A stretch of DNA of 64,000 nt from Desulfobacterales bacterium. Lineage in GTDB: Bacteria > Desulfobacterota > Desulfobacteria > Desulfobacterales > SURF-7. The DNA is taken from NCBI GenBank assembly GCA_041740615.1, contig JBGSLR010000097.1, positions 29,363-93,362 on the forward strand, given 5' to 3'. The notes beneath the pieces were generated by a model. It was not told the origin of the DNA and did not search any database. It saw only the letters and a program-made list of their open reading frames with translations. This document shows, in pieces, positions 47,815 to 57,236 of this stretch. The translations under genes were made by a program, and so were the position numbers. Positions within the stretch are counted from its first letter, which is position 1. Each line of letters starts with the position of its first letter.

Positions 47815-48906
47815 ATGCATCCTGTAGTTATATTGGTTGCCGCGGCGTTTCTTGGCCTTTTGTCGGGCTGCAATGACGGCGGTAAATCCGGCGAAAACAA
47901 AACAACTCCCGTCGCATTGAAGATTCACGCGTGGAACGGCTATGTGCTGGAATACCGGGAAGCCTTTCAAAAGTACGCGAAAACCGCATTCGGTTTGGAT
48001 GTTGAGATTGTATACACGTCGACCTCGGGCTTTGATTCCAATGTGGAAAACATCAAAGGTGGAACACGGGCCCATCTGATTTCCCCGGCCAACGACCTGC
48101 TGGCGCCGCTTGTAAGGGAAGGGCTGCTGACGGTGCTCGATACGGCCAGGTTGACCAATTTCAAGCAAATCAATCCGGTAGTAGTCGAGACGAAATGCAC
48201 GGAGGTGAACGGCAAACCATATGCCGTGCCGTTCAATTTCGGCCCATACTCTATCGCATACAACAGGGATAAAGTACCGGAGCCCACCTCATACAAGGTA
48301 TTATGGGACAGCAAGTATGCGAAACGCGTTTCGATCCCGGGCGAATATGACACCATCAATGTCTATATGACGGCGCTCATGCTGGGTATGCATAAAAATG
48401 ATCTGTTCGACCTGAACGATGAACAGCTTGCGGCGGTGGAGACAAAGCTGCGGGAACTCTGCCGCAATCAGGTCGGCGAGTATTGGCGGGACAATCTCGA
48501 CCCCGAGAGCCGCGATCGGGTTGATGTGGGAATGGACTGGGGTATCGGTGTGAAACAGATCAATCAGAAATTTCATGGAAACTGGGGACTCGCCATACCG
48601 GAGGAAGGGGCCACGGGATGGATCGACACTTGGGCGATTACGATCAATGCAATGGACCCCAAAGTGCTGGAGGCTGCATATGCCTGGATCGATTTCATGA
48701 TCAGCGCCGAGCGCCAGGCCCAAATGGCCAGGATTACTTCCTATGGGCCGATCAACCCGTATTCGGGAAGATATCTCACCGCGGAAGAAAAGAAGTTGTA
48801 TTATTTGAATTACCCGAATTTCATGAAAAATCTGATATTATGGCAACCCCTGAAGCCCGATGTCCTGAAAAAGTACCAGGAAGCATGGAGGCGCGCAAGG
48901 CAATGA
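47815..48906 (+). CDS. PotD/PotF-like periplasmic solute-binding lipoprotein
   Basis: Lipobox LLSGC; WNGYV; YAVPF; IAYNRDKV; PEEGATGWIDTWAI. Confidence 0.85.
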   Translation: MHPVVILVAAAFLGLLSGCNDGGKSGENKTTPVALKIHAWNGYVLEYREAFQKYAKTAFGLDVEIVYTSTSGFDSNVENIKGGTRAHLISPANDLLAPLVREGLLTVLDTARLTNFKQINPVVVETKCTEVNGKPYAVPFNFGPYSIAYNRDKVPEPTSYKVLWDSKYAKRVSIPGEYDTINVYMTALMLGMHKNDLFDLNDEQLAAVETKLRELCRNQVGEYWRDNLDPESRDRVDVGMDWGIGVKQINQKFHGNWGLAIPEEGATGWIDTWAITINAMDPKVLEAAYAWIDFMISAERQAQMARITSYGPINPYSGRYLTAEEKKLYYLNYPNFMKNLILWQPLKPDVLKKYQEAWRRARQ

Positions 48907-51164
48907 AGTCAAATCCCACGAGTATCTATGGCAGGATGCTGACCTTGTCCATCGGTTCCGTACTCGTGGCGGCGATCGTTTCCACCGCATTATATATTTT
49001 GATCACCAGACAGGCGTTGAGATCCCATATCGATTCGAAAATTGACTACAATCTCGCCAAGCTCGGCCAGATTCTCTCCGTGCCGCTGATCAACCAGGAT
49101 TACGTTCAGATGGTCAATATCATCGATCAGGAATCAAAAGGCGGTGATCTGCAATTCATCTGGCTAACGGACAAGAGCGGGCGAGTGATTGTCGCAAACG
49201 ACGAGAACCAGCTGATGGCGCCCATCGCAGCCGAGTACCGAGCCATGGACGGCTTCCGCCGATGGAAACTCGACAATGACTGGTTCTTGTGTGCCATTCC
49301 GGATTACGGCATCATGAATTCCATTCTGCCATTGGTGATTCCCTGGAGCCTATTGGTCCTTCTCCTTTCAGTTGCCGCATCCATATACTTTTTCATCCGG
49401 TTGATCAAAAACATCACCGTACCGCTTTCCAATGCCATCCAGGCTTCCTCTGGAATGGCCGGTGGAAATTTCCGCATCGAATTGACCGATTCGGGGATTA
49501 CGGAGATCGATACGTTGAGCCAATCCCTGACATACACCGGTCGAAAGCTTTTGGAGCTTACCCAGCGTCTCAAGACCGAGAGGGATGAACTGGAGCGTAA
49601 CCGCGAAGAAATTCGGAGCCTTTCTGAATTCAGGGAAAGCATTATCGACAACGCCACCGTATGGTTGAACGTTCTTGACCAGAATGCGCGCGTGATTGTC
49701 TGGAATAAGGCAGCGGAGGATATCAGCGGTTACAGCCGGAAAGAAGTACTCGGGAATACGGATATATGGGGTTTGTTGTATCCGGACGACGAGTACCGGG
49801 AGCGGATTTTTACAAGGGCCTCGAACATTATCCGCAAAGGGGATGTCGCCGAGGACTTGGCCACGATGATACGGACCAAAACCGGGGAGCGGAAATACAT
49901 TTCATGGTATTCGAAGCACCTGAAATCGGCCGGTGGTGAAACGGTCGGGTCCATCGCCATGGGGATCGATATCACCGAGAAGATGCGTATTGAAGAGTCC
50001 TTGCGCCAGGCGCAGAAGATGGAGACGGTCGGGACTCTTGCCGGAGGCATCGCCCATGATTTCAACAACGTCCTCATGGGAATCACCGGTGCCGTTTCCC
50101 TGGTTGAGTTTGAGCTGGACCGTCAGGAAGAGCTGTCGAAGGAATCGATCAACAGATACGTGACAACCATACGGAATGCCGCCGAACGAGCGAGTGATAT
50201 CGTCAAGCACCTATTGACCATTTCCAGACGCCAGGAACTTGAGCTTGCCGTCATCGATTTAAACATGGCCATGGGCCACATCTTGAAAATCTGTCGAAGC
50301 AGTTTTGACAAAAGCATCAAAATCAGTGTCGCCGATATTTCCTCACCCGCGACCGTTATGGCGGATCTCACCCAGATCGAGCAAGTTCTGTTAAACCTTT
50401 GCATCAACGCCTCCCACGCCATGACCATCATGCGGCCGGAAGGCGAAAAGTGGGGCGGTACGCTGACGATATCCATAGAAGACGTTTGGGAGTCACAAGC
50501 ATCCTTGGTTTTGGAACTGCCGGCCGGAAACTACTGGAAGCTGTCTGTGGGAGATAGCGGGGTGGGAATGTCCAAGGATATCATTCAACATATTTTTGAC
50601 CCGTTCTTTACCACAAAGGAGAAAGGCGTCGGTACGGGTCTCGGGCTGTCCATGACATACAGCATCGTCAGGGCGCACAACGGTTTCATCACCGTGTATT
50701 CGGAGCCCGGCCAGGGAAGCGTATTCAGTATATATATGCCGATGATCGAAGCGGATGTCGCCAAAGATACGGAAATTCGATCATATGAGATCGAAACCGG
50801 CAGCGGACTTATTCTGGTTGTGGACGATGAACAGACCAATCGGGAAATTGTCAAGATGATGCTGGAAGGTTGCGGTTACGAGGTCGTCACGGCGGATAAC
50901 GGCGAAGAGGGGGTGCGGGCTTATGCAGCGCTTTCGGGAAGCGTAAGGGCCGTCATCCTTGATATCGTCATGCCCAAGATGTCCGGGGAAGAAGCCTGCG
51001 CCCGCATACTGGAAACGGATCCCCACGCCAGGGTGATCGTATCATCCGGATTCCGCGACGACAGCAGGGTCAAAAAAGCACTGGATCGCGGCGCGAAACT
51101 CTTCGTGCCCAAACCCTATTCGTTGCAAGGTCTGTCATCCGCAATCAAATCCGTCCTGGAATAA
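48903..51164 (+). CDS. Hybrid sensor histidine kinase (TM-HAMP-PAS-HisKA-HATPase-REC)
   Basis: GIAHDFNN, NLCINA, DSGVGM, FFTTK, GTGLGLS, LVVDDE, DIVMP; ATGA coupling to the SBP gene. Confidence 0.92.
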   Translation: MKSNPTSIYGRMLTLSIGSVLVAAIVSTALYILITRQALRSHIDSKIDYNLAKLGQILSVPLINQDYVQMVNIIDQESKGGDLQFIWLTDKSGRVIVANDENQLMAPIAAEYRAMDGFRRWKLDNDWFLCAIPDYGIMNSILPLVIPWSLLVLLLSVAASIYFFIRLIKNITVPLSNAIQASSGMAGGNFRIELTDSGITEIDTLSQSLTYTGRKLLELTQRLKTERDELERNREEIRSLSEFRESIIDNATVWLNVLDQNARVIVWNKAAEDISGYSRKEVLGNTDIWGLLYPDDEYRERIFTRASNIIRKGDVAEDLATMIRTKTGERKYISWYSKHLKSAGGETVGSIAMGIDITEKMRIEESLRQAQKMETVGTLAGGIAHDFNNVLMGITGAVSLVEFELDRQEELSKESINRYVTTIRNAAERASDIVKHLLTISRRQELELAVIDLNMAMGHILKICRSSFDKSIKISVADISSPATVMADLTQIEQVLLNLCINASHAMTIMRPEGEKWGGTLTISIEDVWESQASLVLELPAGNYWKLSVGDSGVGMSKDIIQHIFDPFFTTKEKGVGTGLGLSMTYSIVRAHNGFITVYSEPGQGSVFSIYMPMIEADVAKDTEIRSYEIETGSGLILVVDDEQTNREIVKMMLEGCGYEVVTADNGEEGVRAYAALSGSVRAVILDIVMPKMSGEEACARILETDPHARVIVSSGFRDDSRVKKALDRGAKLFVPKPYSLQGLSSAIKSVLE

Positions 51165-51191
51165 CCTCCTCGGCACGCTGCACGAACCAGG

Positions 51192-52886
51192 TCATAACCC
51201 CTTGCGGACAATCGCCACCAGCAGCCAGATGCCCATGACGGCTGCGGCCAGGAAACCGATGATGCCGATGAAGGAAATGCCGTAGAAGAGCGGCGGGGTG
51301 GCGGAAATGACGATCAGGGCCGAGCCGATCAAGAGGGCGGCGATGATGATGGAAAAGGCCAGGCGGTTGCTGATTTTATGGTAGGTTGCCAGGGTTGTTT
51401 CCATGCCTTTGTTCTCGACATTGATGCTGATCTTTTCGTTTTTGATCATGCGGGTGATGTCGAGAATGTCTTTGGGCACTTTCTGGAGGAACTGCCGGAG
51501 ATCACCGGCCAGGTTGACCAGGTCGAAGGCGATGCGTTCCGGGTAAAAACGGGCGATTTTGACTCGGGCTATGAACGGCGCGGCCTGGGTGACCATATCG
51601 AATTTCGGGTCCAGGGTTTTGGCCACGCCTTCCACGGTGGCGAGGGCCTTGATCATCAAAAAAATATCCGGCGGCACCCGCAGACGATGGTGGGACACCA
51701 ATTGCAGCAGCTGCTGCAACAGTCGGCCGATCTCGATGTCTTTCAGGGGCTTGAATAGGTATCTGCCGATGAAATCGGCCAGCTCCCGTTCAAGGGCCCG
51801 GATGTCCGGCTGGTCTTCCCAGTCCGTTATCCGCAGAATGACCTGGGCGGCCTCGGCGGCGTTTCGATGAATGATGCTGTCCAGCAGATCGACGAAATTT
51901 TCCCGGGTTTGGCGATCCACCGTCCCGACCATGCCGAAATCCACCAGGCAGATGATATTACCGGGCAGGACGAAGATATTGCCGGGGTGGGGATCGGCGT
52001 GGAAGAAGCCGTTGTGAAAAACCTGTTTCAGGGTGAGATTGGCTCCCCGGGCGGTGATCAGGCGGGTGTCGAGCCCGGCCGCTTTCAGGGTTGCCGTATC
52101 GGACACTTTTATGCCGTTGACGTACTCCATGGTGATGACCTGGGAGGTGGTCATGTCACGGTAAACTTTTGGAACGTATACGGTAAGGTCTTCCGCGAAT
52201 TGCCTTGAAAAACGTTCCATGCTGGTGGCTTCCAGGTTGTAGTCGACTTCCTTCCCGAGGGTGCGGGCGAATTCCTCGACAATCTCCGTCGGGCGGTGCA
52301 GGGAAAATTCCTGGATGTTCCGTTCCATGAGACTGGCGATATACAGCATGATTTCAAGGTCGACTTCGATGGTTTTACGAATGTCGGGGCGCTGGATCTT
52401 GACCACCACCTCGCGTCCATCCTTCATGCGCGCCTGGTGAACCTGACCGATGGACGCCGAAGCCAGCGGGGTTTCTTCAAAGTGTTCGAAGAGTTCCTCC
52501 GGCAGGGCGCCCAATTCCTGTTTGATGGTGTTTCTCACTTGATCGAATGGAAACGCCGGGACTTTGTCCTGTAATTTCGACAATTCGGTAATGAATTCGA
52601 TGGGAACCAGGTCCGGGCGGGTGGAGGCGATCTGGCCGAATTTGATGAAGGTCGGCCCGAGTTCCTCAAAAACAATGCGGATGCGTTCGGCCCGTGTCAT
52701 GATTTCCACGCGCTCTCTTCTTTTGCGTGTGATCATCTGCAGGCCCAGCTCGATATACTGGTCGATATGGAGTCGGTTCAATAAATCGTCAAAACCATAT
52801 TTCAGGAAAATGGTCAGGATCTGACGGTACCGGTTCAAATGGCGATAGGTTCGCCCGACGGCGGTGACTTTTTGAATACTCAGCAT
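51192..52886 (-). CDS. ABC1/UbiB (AarF) atypical kinase with C-terminal TMs
   Basis: LGPTFIKFGQ, ASASIGQVH, VVKIQRP, HADPHPGN, DFGM. Confidence 0.92.
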   Translation of the reverse strand: MLSIQKVTAVGRTYRHLNRYRQILTIFLKYGFDDLLNRLHIDQYIELGLQMITRKRRERVEIMTRAERIRIVFEELGPTFIKFGQIASTRPDLVPIEFITELSKLQDKVPAFPFDQVRNTIKQELGALPEELFEHFEETPLASASIGQVHQARMKDGREVVVKIQRPDIRKTIEVDLEIMLYIASLMERNIQEFSLHRPTEIVEEFARTLGKEVDYNLEATSMERFSRQFAEDLTVYVPKVYRDMTTSQVITMEYVNGIKVSDTATLKAAGLDTRLITARGANLTLKQVFHNGFFHADPHPGNIFVLPGNIICLVDFGMVGTVDRQTRENFVDLLDSIIHRNAAEAAQVILRITDWEDQPDIRALERELADFIGRYLFKPLKDIEIGRLLQQLLQLVSHHRLRVPPDIFLMIKALATVEGVAKTLDPKFDMVTQAAPFIARVKIARFYPERIAFDLVNLAGDLRQFLQKVPKDILDITRMIKNEKISINVENKGMETTLATYHKISNRLAFSIIIAALLIGSALIVISATPPLFYGISFIGIIGFLAAAVMGIWLLVAIVRKGL

Positions 52887-52901
52887 AGGGAGCGTCTTAT
52901 T

Positions 52902-53225
52902 TTATTCCTTCCGATTGCTGTTGCCTTCGACCATGGCCTTCAGGGCGGCGATCTCCGCCTTCATCTCCTTTATTTCTTCCGAGGTGGGAACGTCCAGTTT
53001 TTTCAAGATCTCCCGGACTGTTTTTTCCATCCGCTGTTCCAGACTTTCCCAGGCTTCCTCATAGCGCTTCATCAGTTCGTTGGTGAATTTCTCCCCTTCG
53101 TTTTCGGTAAGTTCCCCTTTTGTAACCAGTTCCTTGGCCCAGTCTTCCACTTCGTCCTTGGTTTTCAATGCAAAGCCGATGCCGGTCATCATGGTTTTTT
53201 TGGCGATATCAAAAAAATCTGGCAT
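52902..53225 (-). CDS. Phasin-like (PhaF/PhaI family) granule-associated protein
   Basis: TGIGFAL..ELVTKGELTENEG..LDVPTSEEI coiled coil. Confidence 0.8.
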   Translation of the reverse strand: MPDFFDIAKKTMMTGIGFALKTKDEVEDWAKELVTKGELTENEGEKFTNELMKRYEEAWESLEQRMEKTVREILKKLDVPTSEEIKEMKAEIAALKAMVEGNSNRKE

Positions 53226-53250
53226 CCCTTTTTTCCCCTTTCAGAAACAC

Positions 53251-53291
53251 CGGTTCACCGTGAAAGTGGTCGGCGCTTTCACGGTAAACCG
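53251..53291. terminator. Long intergenic hairpin
   Basis: cggttcaccgtgaaagtg-gtcgg-cgctttcacggtaaaccg, between the acyl-CoA dehydrogenase and phasin genes. Confidence 0.55.
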
Positions 53292-53349
53292 ATCGTTGAC
53301 GATTGCCCGAGAAAACGGTCATGTTCGGGCGTGAATGATCACCAGCAGG

Positions 53350-55191
53350 CTAACCGCCGAAAGCGGCATCGATCATTTCGACGGCGGCCCCGTCGGTTTT
53401 TATGATGGCCGCCAGTCGGCCCATGGTGACCGGCAGAATGGAATGGATGAAAAAGCGGGCCGTCTTGATCTGGCCGTCATAAAACGCGGCATCCTTGTTT
53501 TTTTCCGCTTTGGCGCGGATGGTTTCCGGATCGGCTGCGCCGGCCAGTTTTTCGAGTTTCGGCGCGGCCACGGCCGCTCGCCAGAGCAGCATCCAGGCGA
53601 TGGACAAATCGCCAAGGGATTCCAGGTAGGGGTGGGCAAAGGCGTATGCATACTTGATTTTGTCCGACATGGCGGTTTTTCCGAGATGCATGGCCGCTTC
53701 GCTCACGCGATTGAACACCTGGTCGACGTTTTCCGCCAGGTCGGCGATCATGGGGATTTCTTTGGCTGCTACAATCTGTTTGCGGATTTCTCCCAGGTAG
53801 TCGAGGAAGGTTTTCCCCTTGTTCATTCCCAGCTTGCGACCCAGAAGATCCATTGCCTGGATACCGTTGGTGCCTTCATAGATCATGAAAATGCGACAGT
53901 CGCGCATGAGCTGTTCCACCGGATATTCCTTGATGTATCCATACCCGCCATAGATCTGGACGGCGTGACTGGTGACCTCCAGGGCTTTGTCGGTGATGTA
54001 GCCCTTTATGATCGGGGTCAGAACGTCAATCAGTCCCACTTGTTTGGCGCGTTCCTCCTCGGTCGTCGCCGTGGCGGCCAGATCCCAGCATCGTCCCGTA
54101 TAGTACGTCAGGCTGCGCATGCCTTCCACATAAGCTTTCATGATCATCAACTGCCGGCGGACATCCGGATGATGGATGATGGATACCGGGCCGGCTTTGG
54201 GATTGGTCAGGTCGCGGCTTTGGATACGCTCACGGGCGTAATTGAGGGCGTGAATGTAGGCGGTCGTGGAAACCGCGAAACCTTCCAGGCCGACGAATTG
54301 ACGCGCTTCGTTCATCATGGTGAACATGGCGCTCATCCCTTTGTTTTCCTCTCCCAGCAGGGTGCCGATACACTTCCCCTTGCCTCCGAGTGTCAGGGAG
54401 CAGGTTGCGTTGCCGTGAAGCCCCATTTTTTCCTCGATGCCGGTGCACACCGCATCGTTGAATTCTCCCAGACTGCCGTCCGCGTTGACCCGGTATTTGG
54501 GAACCAGAAACAGGGATATCCCCTTGGTGCCTTCCGGCGCCCCTTCGATGCGCGCCAGCACCGGATGGATGATGTTTTCCACCATGTCTTGTTCCCCGCC
54601 GGAAATGAATATTTTGGAACCGGTGATGGAGTAAGTGCCGTCCGGGTTTTTCTGGGCTGAAGTCGTCAGCGCGCCGACATCGGATCCGGCTTCGGGTTCG
54701 GTCAGCAGCATGGTGCCAGACCATTTCCCCGTATACATGTTTTTCAGGTAGATTTTTTTCTGTTCTTCGGTGCCGTAAGTTTCGACCAGCTTGGCCGCCC
54801 CGTGGGAAAGGCTGTGATACAGCATGAAAGCGGCGTTGGCTCCGTGGAAGTATTCGTTGGCCGCCAATGAAACCAGCTTGGGCATTCCCTGTCCGCCCCA
54901 TTTGGGATCGTCGGTCATGGCCAGCCATTCCCCTTCATTATAGAGTTTGTTCACTTTGTGAAAGCTCTCCGGCACCGAAACCTTTCCGTTTTCAAAGCGG
55001 CACCCTTCATCCCCCGGCTGTTGGGTGGGGAGTATCTCCTTGATTGCCAGGTTCCTCGCTTCGGTCACGATCAGGTCGATGGTCTTTTTATCGAACTCGG
55101 CGAATTTTTCCTTTTTTGCCAGTTCCGCGGCTTCCATTTGTTCATGAAGAACAAAATCAACGTCTCTTCGATCTGCAATTAACTGCGCCAT
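53350..55191 (-). CDS. Acyl-CoA dehydrogenase (FadE5-like ~600-aa type)
   Basis: TEPEAGSDVG, GSKIFIS, IEEKMGLHG, YGGYGY, IYEGTNGIQ. Confidence 0.93.
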   Translation of the reverse strand: MAQLIADRRDVDFVLHEQMEAAELAKKEKFAEFDKKTIDLIVTEARNLAIKEILPTQQPGDEGCRFENGKVSVPESFHKVNKLYNEGEWLAMTDDPKWGGQGMPKLVSLAANEYFHGANAAFMLYHSLSHGAAKLVETYGTEEQKKIYLKNMYTGKWSGTMLLTEPEAGSDVGALTTSAQKNPDGTYSITGSKIFISGGEQDMVENIIHPVLARIEGAPEGTKGISLFLVPKYRVNADGSLGEFNDAVCTGIEEKMGLHGNATCSLTLGGKGKCIGTLLGEENKGMSAMFTMMNEARQFVGLEGFAVSTTAYIHALNYARERIQSRDLTNPKAGPVSIIHHPDVRRQLMIMKAYVEGMRSLTYYTGRCWDLAATATTEEERAKQVGLIDVLTPIIKGYITDKALEVTSHAVQIYGGYGYIKEYPVEQLMRDCRIFMIYEGTNGIQAMDLLGRKLGMNKGKTFLDYLGEIRKQIVAAKEIPMIADLAENVDQVFNRVSEAAMHLGKTAMSDKIKYAYAFAHPYLESLGDLSIAWMLLWRAAVAAPKLEKLAGAADPETIRAKAEKNKDAAFYDGQIKTARFFIHSILPVTMGRLAAIIKTDGAAVEMIDAAFGG

Positions 55192-55367
55192 AGGTTTGTT
55201 TTCTCCTTACAATATGGATTTATTGTTTCGTGGCGGCCGCCGTGTCATTCGGCAACGGCGTTGCTGTCACGAGATTATGTAAACCAAGGATGGACAGCGA
55301 AGTTTTCTTGTCCGACTGTGTTGTAAGCTAGTCGGCTTTCGATGTCAAGGGTCGATGAGGTTCGGAT

Positions 55368-55394
55368 GCTGTAATAACAATTTGTTATTACAGC
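55368..55394. promoter_or_regulatory. Perfect 27-bp palindrome, probable transcription-factor operator
   Basis: GCTGTAATAACAA-T-TTGTTATTACAGC in the divergent intergenic region. Confidence 0.65.
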
Positions 55395-55557
55395 GTATGC
55401 TGATTTGCGATTCGGCAAATCCAATTTTTCATGATGACAATTGCACCTTGACGGCAACCCATATCTGGCTTAGATTGTTCTTCGATATTATTATGGTAAT
55501 TCAGTATCCGCAATCCGGTAATGAGAATTGCGGATCGAAAGGAAAGGAAGGATTGCA

Positions 55558-56307
55558 ATGCCGTTTTCAATCGCTCTGGCCGGAAAAGGCGGAACCGGGA
55601 AAACCACCGTCTCCGGCATGTTGATCAAATATCTGGTGAAGAGAGGAATGACGCCGATTTTGGCCGTGGATGCCGACAGCAACGCCAACTTGAACGAAGT
55701 CCTCGGTCTGGAAGTACCCGAGACGCTGGGAAACGCCAGGGAAGAAATGAAAAAAGGAAAAGTGCCCAGCGGCATGACCAAGGATATTTTCATGGAAATG
55801 AAACTGGAGCAAGCCGTCGCCGAAGCCGACGGATATGATTTGATCGTCATGGGGCAGCCCGAAGGATCGGGATGCTATTGCGCGGCCAATACATTGCTGA
55901 CCAATTTTCTGGATCGGCTGCAGGACAACTATGCGTATATCGTCATGGACAATGAAGCGGGCATGGAGCACATCAGCCGGATGACCACCCGGAATGTGGA
56001 TGTCCTGCTGGTGGTGTCCGATCCATCCCGCCGCAGTTTGCAAGCCGCCACACGGATCAACAAACTGGCGGCCGAACTGAATATCGGGGTGGGCAAGAGC
56101 TGCCTGATCATCAATCAGTCCAAGGAACCACCGTCATCTCAAGTGATTGAAATGCTGAATAAAGAAGGCTTGAATTTGGCGGGATTGATTCCGGAGGACG
56201 ATACGATTTACGATTTTGATGTCAACGGGCGGCCGACCATCGACATGCCGGAAAACAGCCGGGCGGTTGCCGCGGCCTTTCAGATTTTCGACAACATTTT
56301 TTCATAG
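55558..56307 (+). CDS. cooC: CooC/AcsF nickel-insertion ATPase
   Basis: GKGGTGKT, VDADSNANL, GCYC, DNEAGMEH. Confidence 0.88.
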   Translation: MPFSIALAGKGGTGKTTVSGMLIKYLVKRGMTPILAVDADSNANLNEVLGLEVPETLGNAREEMKKGKVPSGMTKDIFMEMKLEQAVAEADGYDLIVMGQPEGSGCYCAANTLLTNFLDRLQDNYAYIVMDNEAGMEHISRMTTRNVDVLLVVSDPSRRSLQAATRINKLAAELNIGVGKSCLIINQSKEPPSSQVIEMLNKEGLNLAGLIPEDDTIYDFDVNGRPTIDMPENSRAVAAAFQIFDNIFS

Positions 56308-56338
56308 GGCGCAGCCGGGGCCGATCAGACGATAAGGC

Positions 56339-57226
56339 ATGATGACAACCCAGACCACCACTGCTGTGCTACCCGAATATCAAGTCGGCGTCACACCCCA
56401 TGATGATCTTCATATTTACTACATACAGGGCCGGATTGCCGAGGAACTGCCGCCGAAAGGGGAAGGCTTTATCGGTAACTGGGAAGAAGAGGGCTTTTCT
56501 TTCCTCTTCTTTTCCCGTTCCGCGGATGAGATCGTCGCCCGGATCCTCTCCCGTCAACCGTCGCTTGTCCTGCTGGACCGTTTTACAATGTCGTATGCCG
56601 ACTGGCTGGGGGAAGAAATCCGCCCGCTTTCCATCGGTGGTTTCCGGATCGTTCCGCCCTGGGGAAAAAACGGCGCGACCATGGTCGAGGATCGTCGCAA
56701 CATCATTCTTGATCCGGGAGTCGTTTTCGGGACCGGCACGCACCCCACCACCCATGACTGCCTTGAAGCCTTGGAGCAACTGTGCTATAGAGAGACAATT
56801 GAAACAGTACTCGATCTCGGTACGGGGACGGGACTGCTCGCCATCGCCGCCTGCCGATTGAATTGCCGGAATGTGTTGGCCGTGGACCTGAATTATTTAG
56901 CCGCCCAAACTGCCCGGCAAAATGTCGTCTTGAATGGAATGTCGGATCGCATCCTGGTGGCGCAGGGCCGGGCGGAGGATTTTATGGACAGGCCTGTGGA
57001 TCTTATGATATCGAATATACACTATGAAGTCATGAAGGAATTGATCGGTTCGGAGTCTTTTCTACTCCACCGATGGTTCATTCTGTCCGGGCTGTTGCGC
57101 AGTCAGGCGAAGGCCGTTTCCGAACGGCTGGGGGAACTTCCGGTGACGGTGCTGAAGACATGGGAGCGGGACGGCATCTGGCATACATTTTTCGGAAAAG
57201 GGGCTGGGGTAAAGCTTACCGTCTGA
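56339..57226 (+). CDS. prmA: PrmA-like (L11) protein methyltransferase
   Basis: LDPGVVFGTGTHPTT; VLDLGTGTGLLAI; ILSGL. Confidence 0.7.
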   Translation: MMTTQTTTAVLPEYQVGVTPHDDLHIYYIQGRIAEELPPKGEGFIGNWEEEGFSFLFFSRSADEIVARILSRQPSLVLLDRFTMSYADWLGEEIRPLSIGGFRIVPPWGKNGATMVEDRRNIILDPGVVFGTGTHPTTHDCLEALEQLCYRETIETVLDLGTGTGLLAIAACRLNCRNVLAVDLNYLAAQTARQNVVLNGMSDRILVAQGRAEDFMDRPVDLMISNIHYEVMKELIGSESFLLHRWFILSGLLRSQAKAVSERLGELPVTVLKTWERDGIWHTFFGKGAGVKLTV

Positions 57227-57236
57227 AAGGGTGCGC

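Noticed and set aside
48618-48902. N-terminal extension of the histidine kinase ORF
   Set aside because: It overlaps the SBP gene; the ATGA-coupled start at 48903 is far more plausible.
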